Assembly: GCA_005776725.1 (NCBI GenBank)
Contig: SXOO01000158.1
Span: 2,769-66,768, forward strand
DNA length: 64,000 nt
Direction of reading: 5' to 3'
From: Pseudomonadota bacterium
GTDB lineage: Bacteria; Myxococcota_A; UBA9042; GCA-2863065
Positions 26,030 to 34,139 of the stretch are shown here, piece after piece. A program made the translations under genes and the position numbers. The notes under the pieces were generated by a model. The model searched no databases. It saw only the letters and a list, made by a program, of their open reading frames with translations, and was not told where the DNA came from. The stretch's first letter is position 1; each line of letters starts with the position of its first letter.

Positions 26030-26199
26030 CCGGTGACCACGTCTTCTTCATCCCCGCGGTGCTCATGGTCGGCTTCGTTCTGGGCGTGATCGTGGGCCGG
26101 CGGTCCGCGCTGGCGCAGGAGGCCGCTCGGCGTGAGGCGATCCGCCGGCGCAAGGCGCGCGCGGCCGACGGGCAGCAGGAGAGCTCGGAGGCGGGTTGA
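26026..26199 (+). CDS. 57-aa single-pass membrane protein (below ORF-track cutoff)
   Basis: ATG 26026 (ATGA overlap with the previous stop): MTGDHVFFIPAVLMVGFVLGVIVGRRSALAQEAARREAIRRRKARAADGQQESSEAG, stop at 26197-26199. Called mainly because of translational coupling and a clean TM helix. Confidence 0.4.
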   Translation: MTGDHVFFIPAVLMVGFVLGVIVGRRSALAQEAARREAIRRRKARAADGQQESSEAG

Positions 26200-26246
26200 A
26201 GCGCCCAGAGCCCGATGACCAGGGCTCAGCGGTCGGGTGACGCCGC

Positions 26247-29200
26247 TCAGTGCCGGTCGTGCACGTGGAAGCCGTGCACGAACGCGTTCCAGATATAGCG
26301 ACCTACGGCGTGCGCTCGGTGCCGGACCGACGCTTCGTCCCAGCTCGCCTGCGCCGAGGGCTCCAGCGGTGGCGTGGACGGCGCCACGGTCATAGCCGCC
26401 GTGAGGCTGCCCTCCGTGGTCTCTGGCGCCACGAACGCCAGCCCGCACTCTCCGGGGATCGGCCGCCCGCAGGTGCCGCCAGTTCCCGGACGCCCAACGG
26501 TGGTGTTTGGCCAGCAGACCTCGCCCTCGGGGCACGTGGACTGGCTGTGGAAGCCGTCTGCACCCTTCTCCCCGGGCTCGCAGTCTACGGGGCAGAAGGG
26601 CGGCGGGCCCTTGGTGGCCAGGTAGCCCCCGCCGTCCACGTCCACGAAGATCGGGTTCGTAATCGCGTACGGGATGACGGGGAAGTAGTCCGGTAGCGGC
26701 TGCTCGGACCCGATGAGCGTGCCGATGAAGCCGAGGTTCTTGAACGCCAGCGACGTGATCTTGTCGAGGCCCAGGTCTCCGAGCGCCACGGTCACATAGA
26801 CCGGATCCATGAAGTCCTCGTCGTCGAGGCCCATGACCGCCACGCTGAACCACGCGTCGCCCTGGCCGGCGTCGACCTCGATCGTGTCGTCGAAGTCCAC
26901 CACCTGCGAGGCGGGCACATCGAGGTCGCGCGTGGCGACCACGCGGCCGTTTCGATAGACCTCGATCCGGCTCACACCGAACCAGGACGGGGTTTGGACG
27001 CGCACCTTGAGGCCCAGCTTCGCGTCGACGCTGGCCGTGACCGTCTCGCCCATGCCCTTGCCCGAGATCGCCACCTCGACGAAGGGCCCCGTGGACGGCA
27101 GCACCTTCATGTCTTTGATGTTCCTCGCCACCTCGGCCCGATCGACCCGCGTGGGATCGTCGTTGGCGGCCGCCACGAAGTTTCGCGGGAGCCCTGGCTC
27201 GAGCGTGGTGCCGTGCGAGTCCGAGTTGCCCATGGCGGTGACCTCGAGGCCGAAGTTCAGCAGCTGGAACCAGTCCTCCAGCACCCCTTGGTGCTGCGCG
27301 CACGGGGCGATCGTCGCGCTCTCCCCGGGCTTGTTGGACTCGACGTACTTGAGCGTCTCGGCGCACTCGGCCTCCACCTCGGCCACGGGCTTCGCAGGGT
27401 CCGCCGCGCGGCCGTCTCTGGCGCACGCCACGAGCGACTCGAGGAACGCCGGCGTGCACTTCGTGTCGTCTTCGTTCTTCTGTGTCGCAGTGGCGTCGTA
27501 CCAGGCGTCTTGCTCCTCCGGGGTGCGGTGGAGGAGGCGGCGGACCATGAGCTTCGTCACGCCGTTGCGCGCCTTGTCCTTGCACAGCGGCACCGAGTCC
27601 TCGTCCGCGCAGCGAGCGAGATCGGCCTCGAGCTCTCGGAACCACTGACACGGCAGGCCGCGGTAGGTGCCGGTGGCCGTGCAGTCGCTGGGGAGCAGCC
27701 AACCGCAGACCGCGCGAACCTCGGACTGAGTCCGGGCGGTGTTCAGCTCTGTGAGGCAGCGCCCCGTGTCGTTGAGCTCGCTGGTGGTGGGCGTGTGCAA
27801 GAGCTCGAAGCGCTTCCCGTTGAACACCTCGATCGAGTCGAAGTCGCACGAGAGCGTGCGGAACAGGGGGTTTTGGGCCTCGAGCCCGCCTTCGCCGCGC
27901 GCCAGAGTCCAGGGATCCAGCTTGAACTGGTCGAAGTACCCGAGGAAGCCGTCGCGAGGGTGGGCCACGGTGAGCACGGTGCTCTCGGGCCCGAACTCCC
28001 CCAGGGCTCGCGCGTCTCGCCACATCGCGTCCCACGCCTTGCACACCCAGTCGACCGCCCCGTGTACCGGGATGGCCGTGTTGTCGTACGCCAGCGGGAA
28101 CGCCAGGGTGTGGCCGAGCTCCAAGGTGGAGACCTCGAGGCCCACCTGCGTGGTCGCGAAGCGCTCGAGCCCGAGCTCCAAGAGCTTCGGGCGGTAGTCG
28201 GTGATCGAGTCGTGGTCTGAGCTCGAGATGAGCTCCACGCCCTCGACCACGTTGGTGAGCACGCGGAGGCCCAGGTCGATGCCCGCGTCCATGCTCGGCT
28301 CGGCGTGGAGGTGGAAGTCGCCCGCGATGAAGCCGGACGTGTCGACCTCGCGCACCACGGACGCCGTAAGCGTTGCGACCTCGCCCGCTCGTACGGTGAC
28401 GCGCCGCCGGGCGATCGAATACTCGACGCCTCGGCTGACGGTGACGGCGTAGTCGCCCGGGGCCAGGGGCTCCCGACCGGCGCCCTTCGCGCTGTAGATG
28501 ATCGTGTAGACGCCGTCGTCGAAGCGCCCATCGCCCATCTCCACCCGCCGGTTGCCGTCGGCGTACAGGGGCTTGCCGTGGGCGCCCAGCGCCTGGAGCG
28601 TGAGCTTGACCGGGACCTGCTGGCCCGACTGATCGGTGACGAGGTATTCGAGGAACGCGGGCGAGCTGACCGTGAGGGGCATGATGTCGTCGCGGCCGGC
28701 CACCACGATCACGCGCTGGGGTGTGCCCACTACGCCGGCCTGCGACCGCGCCACGAGGTACCAGCTGCCCTCGGGCAACGTGAGGCGGTATCTCCCAGAC
28801 TCCGCCGTGTCGGTCCCGAGATCGGCGACGGCGTGGTTCTCCACGCCAAAGGTGCCGAACTTCGCCACGTTGGCCTTGAGCAGCGAGTCGTACGTGGTGT
28901 GTGTCCCGCCCGGATCTCGGAGGACGAACACGTCCGCGCCGGCCTCGGCGCGACCGAGCGAGGTGTCGATCACCACGCCCCGGAACGTGCCCGTGGGGAT
29001 GCCGCGCGCGGCGTAGATAGGCGCCGTGGCGCTAGAGATGTCTCCGTCGCCGACCACGAGATAGCGCTTGAAGCGGAAGATGCGGTGCTCGTCGCAGGTG
29101 TCGTCGTCGCTGGGGTCCGTGAGGCACGAGGTGCCGCTTCCCGCCAGCATCGTGGCGGACGACGTGAAGAGCGGGACGAGCACCTTGGGATCGCGGCAGT

Positions 29201-30443
29201 CGCCATCGAACTCAGTGCCCGCGGTGACGCCGTCCGGCAAGGTGGCGCGCACCTCGGCCAGCCGCGCGGACAGATCGTCGGCCGACACTCCGAACGCAAC
29301 GGCGAATGGGATGCGCTGCTCGATGAGCGCCGGCAGCCCGATCGCGCTGCGACCCGGGTCGATGCTGAGCGCGGTGGACAGTGTGGCGGTGAGCGCCTTC
29401 GTGTCGACGTCAGGCCCCACGTGGGTGAGGACGACGCGGTGCAGGCACACGTCGGGCTTCGACTCGCGCAGTGTGTACATGGCGTACGAGATGTCCTTGC
29501 CCCGGGCCGCGACCCAGTCGAACGTGAGCGGGCTCGTGATCGTGTCGACTCCCCGATAGAAGTTGTCGAAGATCGGGCCCTTGACGTCGAAGCCGAAGCC
29601 CGGCGCGAACACGTCCGTGGAGCCCCCGAAGAACAAGAAGTCGCCGCCGATGAAGCCGGCCTGGAGGCTCTGGGGAGAGCCCGTGGGGGCCAGCGCGTCC
29701 CCAAGGATCCGGGCGAGGAGCGGCACGGACTCGGTGAAGAGAGGGAGCTCGACCCCACGGGGGTCTTCACACTCACACATGAGACACCCCGTCACGGCGT
29801 CGCGGCGATAGGCCTCACACGCGGCCGGGCAGGTGGCGAGGTCGATGCACACGTTGCCGGGCAGCGGGCTGTCGGGGCGCCGAACGATGGTCTCGATCTC
29901 GAGCGCGCGCGTGCCGGGGCGCAGGGTGTAGGTGGTCTCGAAGTCGTAGCGCGTCTTCAGGTCCAGCAGCTGGAGGAGGTCCTTGAACTCCGACCGCTGC
30001 GGGTCGAGGAGGGCGAGCCCGTCGAGGAAGAAGAAGCCGGTGCCCGAGGCGCTGATCTGCGCCTCCTTGCCGTCAGCCCCTGACTTCGTGACCTTCACCT
30101 GGGTCTCGCTCGGGTCCGAGACGAGCAGGTTCACGGTGGGGAACAGCTCGGCGAAGTGATCGTTCCCCGTCATGGGACCCCGATTCTCGGGGTTGCCGCG
30201 CTGCAGGTCTGCGTCCACCACCGTGCCGCCGAAGAGGCCGGGGCCCCAGGAGTGGTGGGCCCCCGAGATGATGAAGCGCACCTGATCGTTCTCGAGGCGG
30301 AAGTCGCCGACCTGACCGTGAGCCAGCACGCCGCCGATGAGATCGTTCTCGTTGGCGACCACACGCGCCGAGAGGGTCTCCTTGCGTTCGTCTTCGCGGC
30401 TGCAGCCCAGCGCGACCGCGAGCAGGAGGAGCGAACGTCGCAT
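26247..30443 (-). CDS. giant lipoprotein with PHP/CehA-like metallohydrolase motifs
   Basis: Frame of ORF 26247..31085; start moved to ATG 30443 (MRRSLLLLAVALGCSRED, lipobox; 1-nt overlap with the upstream stop). His-rich PHP-like motifs: GDFHLHAEPSMDAG, ISSSDHDSITDY, VAHPRDG, GNSDSHGTTLEPG. Carboxypeptidase-regulatory-like beta domains: GTFRGVVIDTSLGRAEAGADVFV. Confidence 0.65.
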   Translation of the reverse strand: MRRSLLLLAVALGCSREDERKETLSARVVANENDLIGGVLAHGQVGDFRLENDQVRFIISGAHHSWGPGLFGGTVVDADLQRGNPENRGPMTGNDHFAELFPTVNLLVSDPSETQVKVTKSGADGKEAQISASGTGFFFLDGLALLDPQRSEFKDLLQLLDLKTRYDFETTYTLRPGTRALEIETIVRRPDSPLPGNVCIDLATCPAACEAYRRDAVTGCLMCECEDPRGVELPLFTESVPLLARILGDALAPTGSPQSLQAGFIGGDFLFFGGSTDVFAPGFGFDVKGPIFDNFYRGVDTITSPLTFDWVAARGKDISYAMYTLRESKPDVCLHRVVLTHVGPDVDTKALTATLSTALSIDPGRSAIGLPALIEQRIPFAVAFGVSADDLSARLAEVRATLPDGVTAGTEFDGDCRDPKVLVPLFTSSATMLAGSGTSCLTDPSDDDTCDEHRIFRFKRYLVVGDGDISSATAPIYAARGIPTGTFRGVVIDTSLGRAEAGADVFVLRDPGGTHTTYDSLLKANVAKFGTFGVENHAVADLGTDTAESGRYRLTLPEGSWYLVARSQAGVVGTPQRVIVVAGRDDIMPLTVSSPAFLEYLVTDQSGQQVPVKLTLQALGAHGKPLYADGNRRVEMGDGRFDDGVYTIIYSAKGAGREPLAPGDYAVTVSRGVEYSIARRRVTVRAGEVATLTASVVREVDTSGFIAGDFHLHAEPSMDAGIDLGLRVLTNVVEGVELISSSDHDSITDYRPKLLELGLERFATTQVGLEVSTLELGHTLAFPLAYDNTAIPVHGAVDWVCKAWDAMWRDARALGEFGPESTVLTVAHPRDGFLGYFDQFKLDPWTLARGEGGLEAQNPLFRTLSCDFDSIEVFNGKRFELLHTPTTSELNDTGRCLTELNTARTQSEVRAVCGWLLPSDCTATGTYRGLPCQWFRELEADLARCADEDSVPLCKDKARNGVTKLMVRRLLHRTPEEQDAWYDATATQKNEDDTKCTPAFLESLVACARDGRAADPAKPVAEVEAECAETLKYVESNKPGESATIAPCAQHQGVLEDWFQLLNFGLEVTAMGNSDSHGTTLEPGLPRNFVAAANDDPTRVDRAEVARNIKDMKVLPSTGPFVEVAISGKGMGETVTASVDAKLGLKVRVQTPSWFGVSRIEVYRNGRVVATRDLDVPASQVVDFDDTIEVDAGQGDAWFSVAVMGLDDEDFMDPVYVTVALGDLGLDKITSLAFKNLGFIGTLIGSEQPLPDYFPVIPYAITNPIFVDVDGGGYLATKGPPPFCPVDCEPGEKGADGFHSQSTCPEGEVCWPNTTVGRPGTGGTCGRPIPGECGLAFVAPETTEGSLTAAMTVAPSTPPLEPSAQASWDEASVRHRAHAVGRYIWNAFVHGFHVHDRH

Positions 30444-31597
30444 CAGAACCGACCCTCTGCCTGGAGAAGGAGCACGTCGTTGTCGAGGTTGGACCCGTGC
30501 AGCTCCAGGTGGTGCTCGTAATAGAGCTGGACCTTCAGGCGGTTCTCGAAGTGGAAGGTGGAGAGGGTCCCGGCGATGCCGAGGAGATCTCCCTCGTCCT
30601 CGACCTCGGTGTTGTCGTCGAGGTAGTCCACCCGCGCCGCGAGCTCGAGGCAGCCCTTCAGGATCGTGTAGCCGAGCTGAACCGTGAGGCCGCGCGACGT
30701 GGTCTCGAGCGGGACGGCCGTGGCCTGCGTGGGCTTCTCCTCGGGCTCGGTGCTCAGCTCCAGCCACTCGGCGAGGAAGCCCACGCCCCACCCCTTGAAG
30801 GCGAGGTCCGCCGACCACGCCATGGAGGTGGTGGAGGGGCCGTCGTTGTAGAGGAAGCCGCCGCCGAGCCCGAAGGCCGCCGTGGTGCGCTTGTCGAGGT
30901 CGGCGGTGCCGTCGCCCAGCAGCGAGGTGCCCGGGATCGGCTCGAGGTCCAGGCGCGAGGCCACCGCGAAGCCGCCGAAGCGGTTGCCGTCGCCCGGATC
31001 CAGCCGTGCCCACCCGCCGGAGAACGTGACGTCGCGCTCCAGGCCGTTGAACGCGCCCACCTGGACGCGCACCCGGTCGTCCCACACCTCACCCGCCGCC
31101 TTGAACCCCAGCTGATACTCGGGGGCGAGCCCCCGCACCACGACCGAGCGATCGCCGTCCTGAAGCGCCTCGGACGACATCAGGGCGCTGCGCGACATGG
31201 GGACCTTGATGACGCCGGCGCTGGCGAGAAAGTCGCCGTCTGCCCAGTCGCCCTTGAAGCCCACGTAGGCCTCGTGCAACACGGAGGAGTCGGCCTCGAG
31301 CAGGTCGGCCTCGACCGCCACGACCAGCCCACGAAACTCGGTCGCGAGGCCCAGGCGGGCGCGGCGCAGCCGGAAGCCCTCGTCCTCGGCGACCTCGCCG
31401 TTCGACAGCCGCGCGTCGTCGCCGACCCACAGGGCGGCCTGCACTTGCGCGCGGCCCATGAGCGTGAGCGTGACCTCGCCCAGCTTGAACTCGAGCGGGG
31501 GAGGGCGACCGCTGCCGTCGATCCCGCCATTGGGCACTTCGGCGGTGGCGTAAGTGGCAGAGAGCAGCGTGGTGAAGAGGAGTGTGCGGCGAATCAT
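30443..31597 (-). CDS. outer-membrane beta-barrel, phosphate-selective porin O/P-like
   Basis: Frame of ORF 30443..31819; start moved to ATG 31597 (MIRRTLLFTTLLSATYATAEV signal peptide). GFRLRRARLGLATEF motif, alternating beta pattern, C-terminal LLLQAEGRF. Confidence 0.6.
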   Translation of the reverse strand: MIRRTLLFTTLLSATYATAEVPNGGIDGSGRPPPLEFKLGEVTLTLMGRAQVQAALWVGDDARLSNGEVAEDEGFRLRRARLGLATEFRGLVVAVEADLLEADSSVLHEAYVGFKGDWADGDFLASAGVIKVPMSRSALMSSEALQDGDRSVVVRGLAPEYQLGFKAAGEVWDDRVRVQVGAFNGLERDVTFSGGWARLDPGDGNRFGGFAVASRLDLEPIPGTSLLGDGTADLDKRTTAAFGLGGGFLYNDGPSTTSMAWSADLAFKGWGVGFLAEWLELSTEPEEKPTQATAVPLETTSRGLTVQLGYTILKGCLELAARVDYLDDNTEVEDEGDLLGIAGTLSTFHFENRLKVQLYYEHHLELHGSNLDNDVLLLQAEGRF

Positions 31598-31911
31598 GGG
31601 CGCGACCTTAGCGCCACCCGGCCGGCCTGTCATTCTCGTGGAAGGGCGCTGCGAGTGGCGCTTCTCGCGCGTCACCCAGTGGGCTTCCGGGCGCTGAGGA
31701 GCGGTCCGCGAGAGCGAGGACCGTCCAGCAGGGCATGTGCTCGACCGACCGCGTTTGTGTCGTGCGGATCGGGACTGATTCGCCCCCTTGCGGGGGTCTC
31801 CCCGGGTCCCTCGCACCATTGCGAGGGCGCCCGGGCGGGCCAGTCGAGCTCAGACGCCGGCAAGCGGGCTCGGATTCCCGAGGATCGCCCGTCAGCGCCC
31901 GGAAGGGGGGC

Positions 31912-32295
31912 TCAGAGGTAGTGGATGGCGATGCCGCGGGCGCGAACCCGCTCGCGGACCGTGGTGTAGCCGTAGGCGTCCGTGGTGACCTCCTCCTCGC
32001 CCCAGTGGTCCGTGATGATCACGGCGTCGGCGCCCAGCTCGCGGGTCTGGTCCTCCAGCACCAGTATGACGTCGTGGAGGCTGGCGAAGCTGTCGGTCCC
32101 TTCGGCCTCGACGCGGCCGATCTCCTCCCACGGGCCTCGCGGGTTGGAGTCGAGGTAGACGTCCACCGGGGCGTGAGGTGGCTTCGGGGGCAGGTACCGA
32201 CCGGTGCGCACTGCGGAGCCTTCGAGGCATCCTGCGAGGAAGAGGAGGGCGCCGAGGAAGAGACCGAGGGCGAGGCGTCGTGTGTGCGTGTTCAT
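31912..32295 (-). CDS. small lipoprotein, function unknown
   Basis: Frame of ORF 31912..32436; start moved to ATG 32295 (MNTHTRRLALGLFLGALLFLAGC). Confidence 0.55.
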   Translation of the reverse strand: MNTHTRRLALGLFLGALLFLAGCLEGSAVRTGRYLPPKPPHAPVDVYLDSNPRGPWEEIGRVEAEGTDSFASLHDVILVLEDQTRELGADAVIITDHWGEEEVTTDAYGYTTVRERVRARGIAIHYL

Positions 32296-32474
32296 CGTGT
32301 TGGCTCCCGTGGTTCCGTTTCGCTCGGGGGAGACGCACTTCAACCACCGTGCCAGAGGTCGATGTTGGTGCAACACGATGTAATCACAGGGGCTATTTCG
32401 GATGCTGTGCGATGTGCCCGTGTGGCGCATTCGCATCGGGGCGTGGCGTCAGAGCCACTTCGCGCGGGGCGGCT

Positions 32475-32987
32475 CTAGTCGGGGGTGAACCGACGGCGGC
32501 GGCGTACGGCGTCGGTGACGTCGCGCTGCACGTAGCCGCCGCTGGTGGGCGGCGCCTCGGAGAACGTGGCAACGAGCCGCGCGAGCTGCGCGGTGTCGAG
32601 CTGCGTCAAGTGGTCAGCGGGGCGGCGGTAGCCGATCGCCGGCAGCCGGCTGATGAGATCGGCCACCGGCACGGACAGCGCCTGCGCCACTTCGAAGAGC
32701 CGCGCCACACGGCCTCGGAGCGCCTCGGGCACCTCCATGGGCCGATGGACGACCGGCGGCAACCCGAAGTCTTCGACCTCGAGACGCGGGGGCACCGGCT
32801 CCGAGACCGGCGCCTGCCGCTGCGGCTTGAGCAGGTGGGCGGCCGCTGCCGCCTGGTCGAGCGTGAGCCGCGCGTCGGGGCTCATGACCGCCACGCCCAG
32901 CGACCACAAGACATCCATCACTTTCTCGGGCGTGACGCCCAGCGCCAACGCCACCTCGGAGACCCGCTGCCCTGTGGTGGTGCTCAT
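32475..32987 (-). CDS. hypothetical protein with two IF2_N-like helical modules
   Basis: Tail of ORF 32475..33806 from ATG 32987 (ATGA overlap with the trpS stop). RVSEVALALGVTPEKVMDVLWSLGVAVMSPDARLTLDQ and RVARLFEVAQALSVPVADLISRLPAIGYRRPADHLTQLDTAQ look like duplicated IF2 N-terminal-type modules. Confidence 0.5.
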   Translation of the reverse strand: MSTTTGQRVSEVALALGVTPEKVMDVLWSLGVAVMSPDARLTLDQAAAAAHLLKPQRQAPVSEPVPPRLEVEDFGLPPVVHRPMEVPEALRGRVARLFEVAQALSVPVADLISRLPAIGYRRPADHLTQLDTAQLARLVATFSEAPPTSGGYVQRDVTDAVRRRRRFTPD

Positions 32988-34030
32988 CGAGCGGACCGCC
33001 GGCGTGGGAGCCCAGTGGCCTCGCGGACCCGATCGATCACCGGCAACGCGACCTCGCGCGCCCGGCGGGCCCCGTCGACGAGGACGTCTTCGAGCGTGTC
33101 GGGCTCCGCGATCAAGCGATCGTAGCGCTCCTGCATCGGCTCGAAGTGGGACCGGGCCTTCTCCAGCAGCGCCAGCTTCGCGTGCCCGTAGCCGTAGCCG
33201 CCAGCGCGATACCGATCGCTCAGCTCCTCGACCTCGGCGGTGGTGGCGAAGAGCTTGTAGAGCGCCACCACGTTGCAGGTGGTCGGGTCCTTCGGGGCCT
33301 CGAGCGGCTTGGAGTCGGTGACCACGGCCATGACGCGCTTCTTGAGGGCACCGGCGCTGCCGAAGATAGGGACGACGTTGTCGCGGCTCTTGCTCATCTT
33401 CTCTCCGTCGATCCCCGGAACAACCGCGGTGGCTTCGCGCACCATCGCCTCCGGGCGCTTGAGGCCGCGACCGGTCCACCGGCCGGCCTCGTCGGTGCAG
33501 GGCTCGCCCAGGAACTGCATGTTGAAATAACCCGCCATGTCGCGGGCCATCTCGAGGTGCTGCACCTGGTCCTTGCCCACCGGGACGACGTCGGTGTCGT
33601 AGAGCAGGATGTCTGCCGCCATGAGCACCGGGTAGGTGACCGTGCCGAAGTTGAGCTCGACGTTCTTCGCCTGCGCGTCCTTGTAGGCGTGCGCGCGCTG
33701 CACGAGGCCGAGGCCGGTGACGCACGACAGCATCCACGACAGCTCGGTGACCTCCGGCACGTCCGACTGCCGGAACAGCACCGAGCGCCTCGGGTCGAGC
33801 CCGCACGCGAGGAAGATCGCGGTGATCTCCCGCGAGTCCCGCTGCAGAGCTGCGGCCTCGCGCACGGTGGTGAGCGCGTGGTAGTCGGCGATGAAGTAGA
33901 AGGCGTCGGTGGACTCGGCCAGCTCGATGGCGGGCCGGATCATGCCGAAGTAATTGCCCCAGTGCGGGGTGCCCGTGGGCTTGATCCCGGTGAGGGCGCG
34001 GCGGCGTTGCGGTTGGGCGGGTTGGCTCAC
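32984..34030 (-). CDS. trpS: tryptophan--tRNA ligase
   Basis: ORF 32984..34030. TGIKPTGTPHWGNYFG (HIGH-type), VPVGKDQVQHLEMARD, GEKMSKSRDN (KMSKS). Confidence 0.93.
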   Translation of the reverse strand: MSQPAQPQRRRALTGIKPTGTPHWGNYFGMIRPAIELAESTDAFYFIADYHALTTVREAAALQRDSREITAIFLACGLDPRRSVLFRQSDVPEVTELSWMLSCVTGLGLVQRAHAYKDAQAKNVELNFGTVTYPVLMAADILLYDTDVVPVGKDQVQHLEMARDMAGYFNMQFLGEPCTDEAGRWTGRGLKRPEAMVREATAVVPGIDGEKMSKSRDNVVPIFGSAGALKKRVMAVVTDSKPLEAPKDPTTCNVVALYKLFATTAEVEELSDRYRAGGYGYGHAKLALLEKARSHFEPMQERYDRLIAEPDTLEDVLVDGARRAREVALPVIDRVREATGLPRRRSAR

Positions 34031-34139
34031 GACGCCCTAGTGCAGGCCCTGCCGGCGCTTGTCAAGCCGGCCCGCCTCCCGCGGAACGCGGCGTGGCCGC
34101 TCGGGAAGTCCCTGCGGGCTCACGCCGACGACGGGCGCG

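Noticed and set aside
30444-31085. N-terminal 214-codon extension of the giant ORF 26247..31085, overlapping the porin-like gene.
   Set aside because: The extension is Arg/Gly/Pro-rich junk. The internal ATG at 30443 gives a perfect lipoprotein signal (MRRSLLLLAVALGC) and abuts the porin stop. The same logic was applied to the extensions of ORFs 20391..22034, 2677..4890, 6550..8016, 39483..40427, 40290..42482, 46943..47932, 32475..33806 and 8074..8997.
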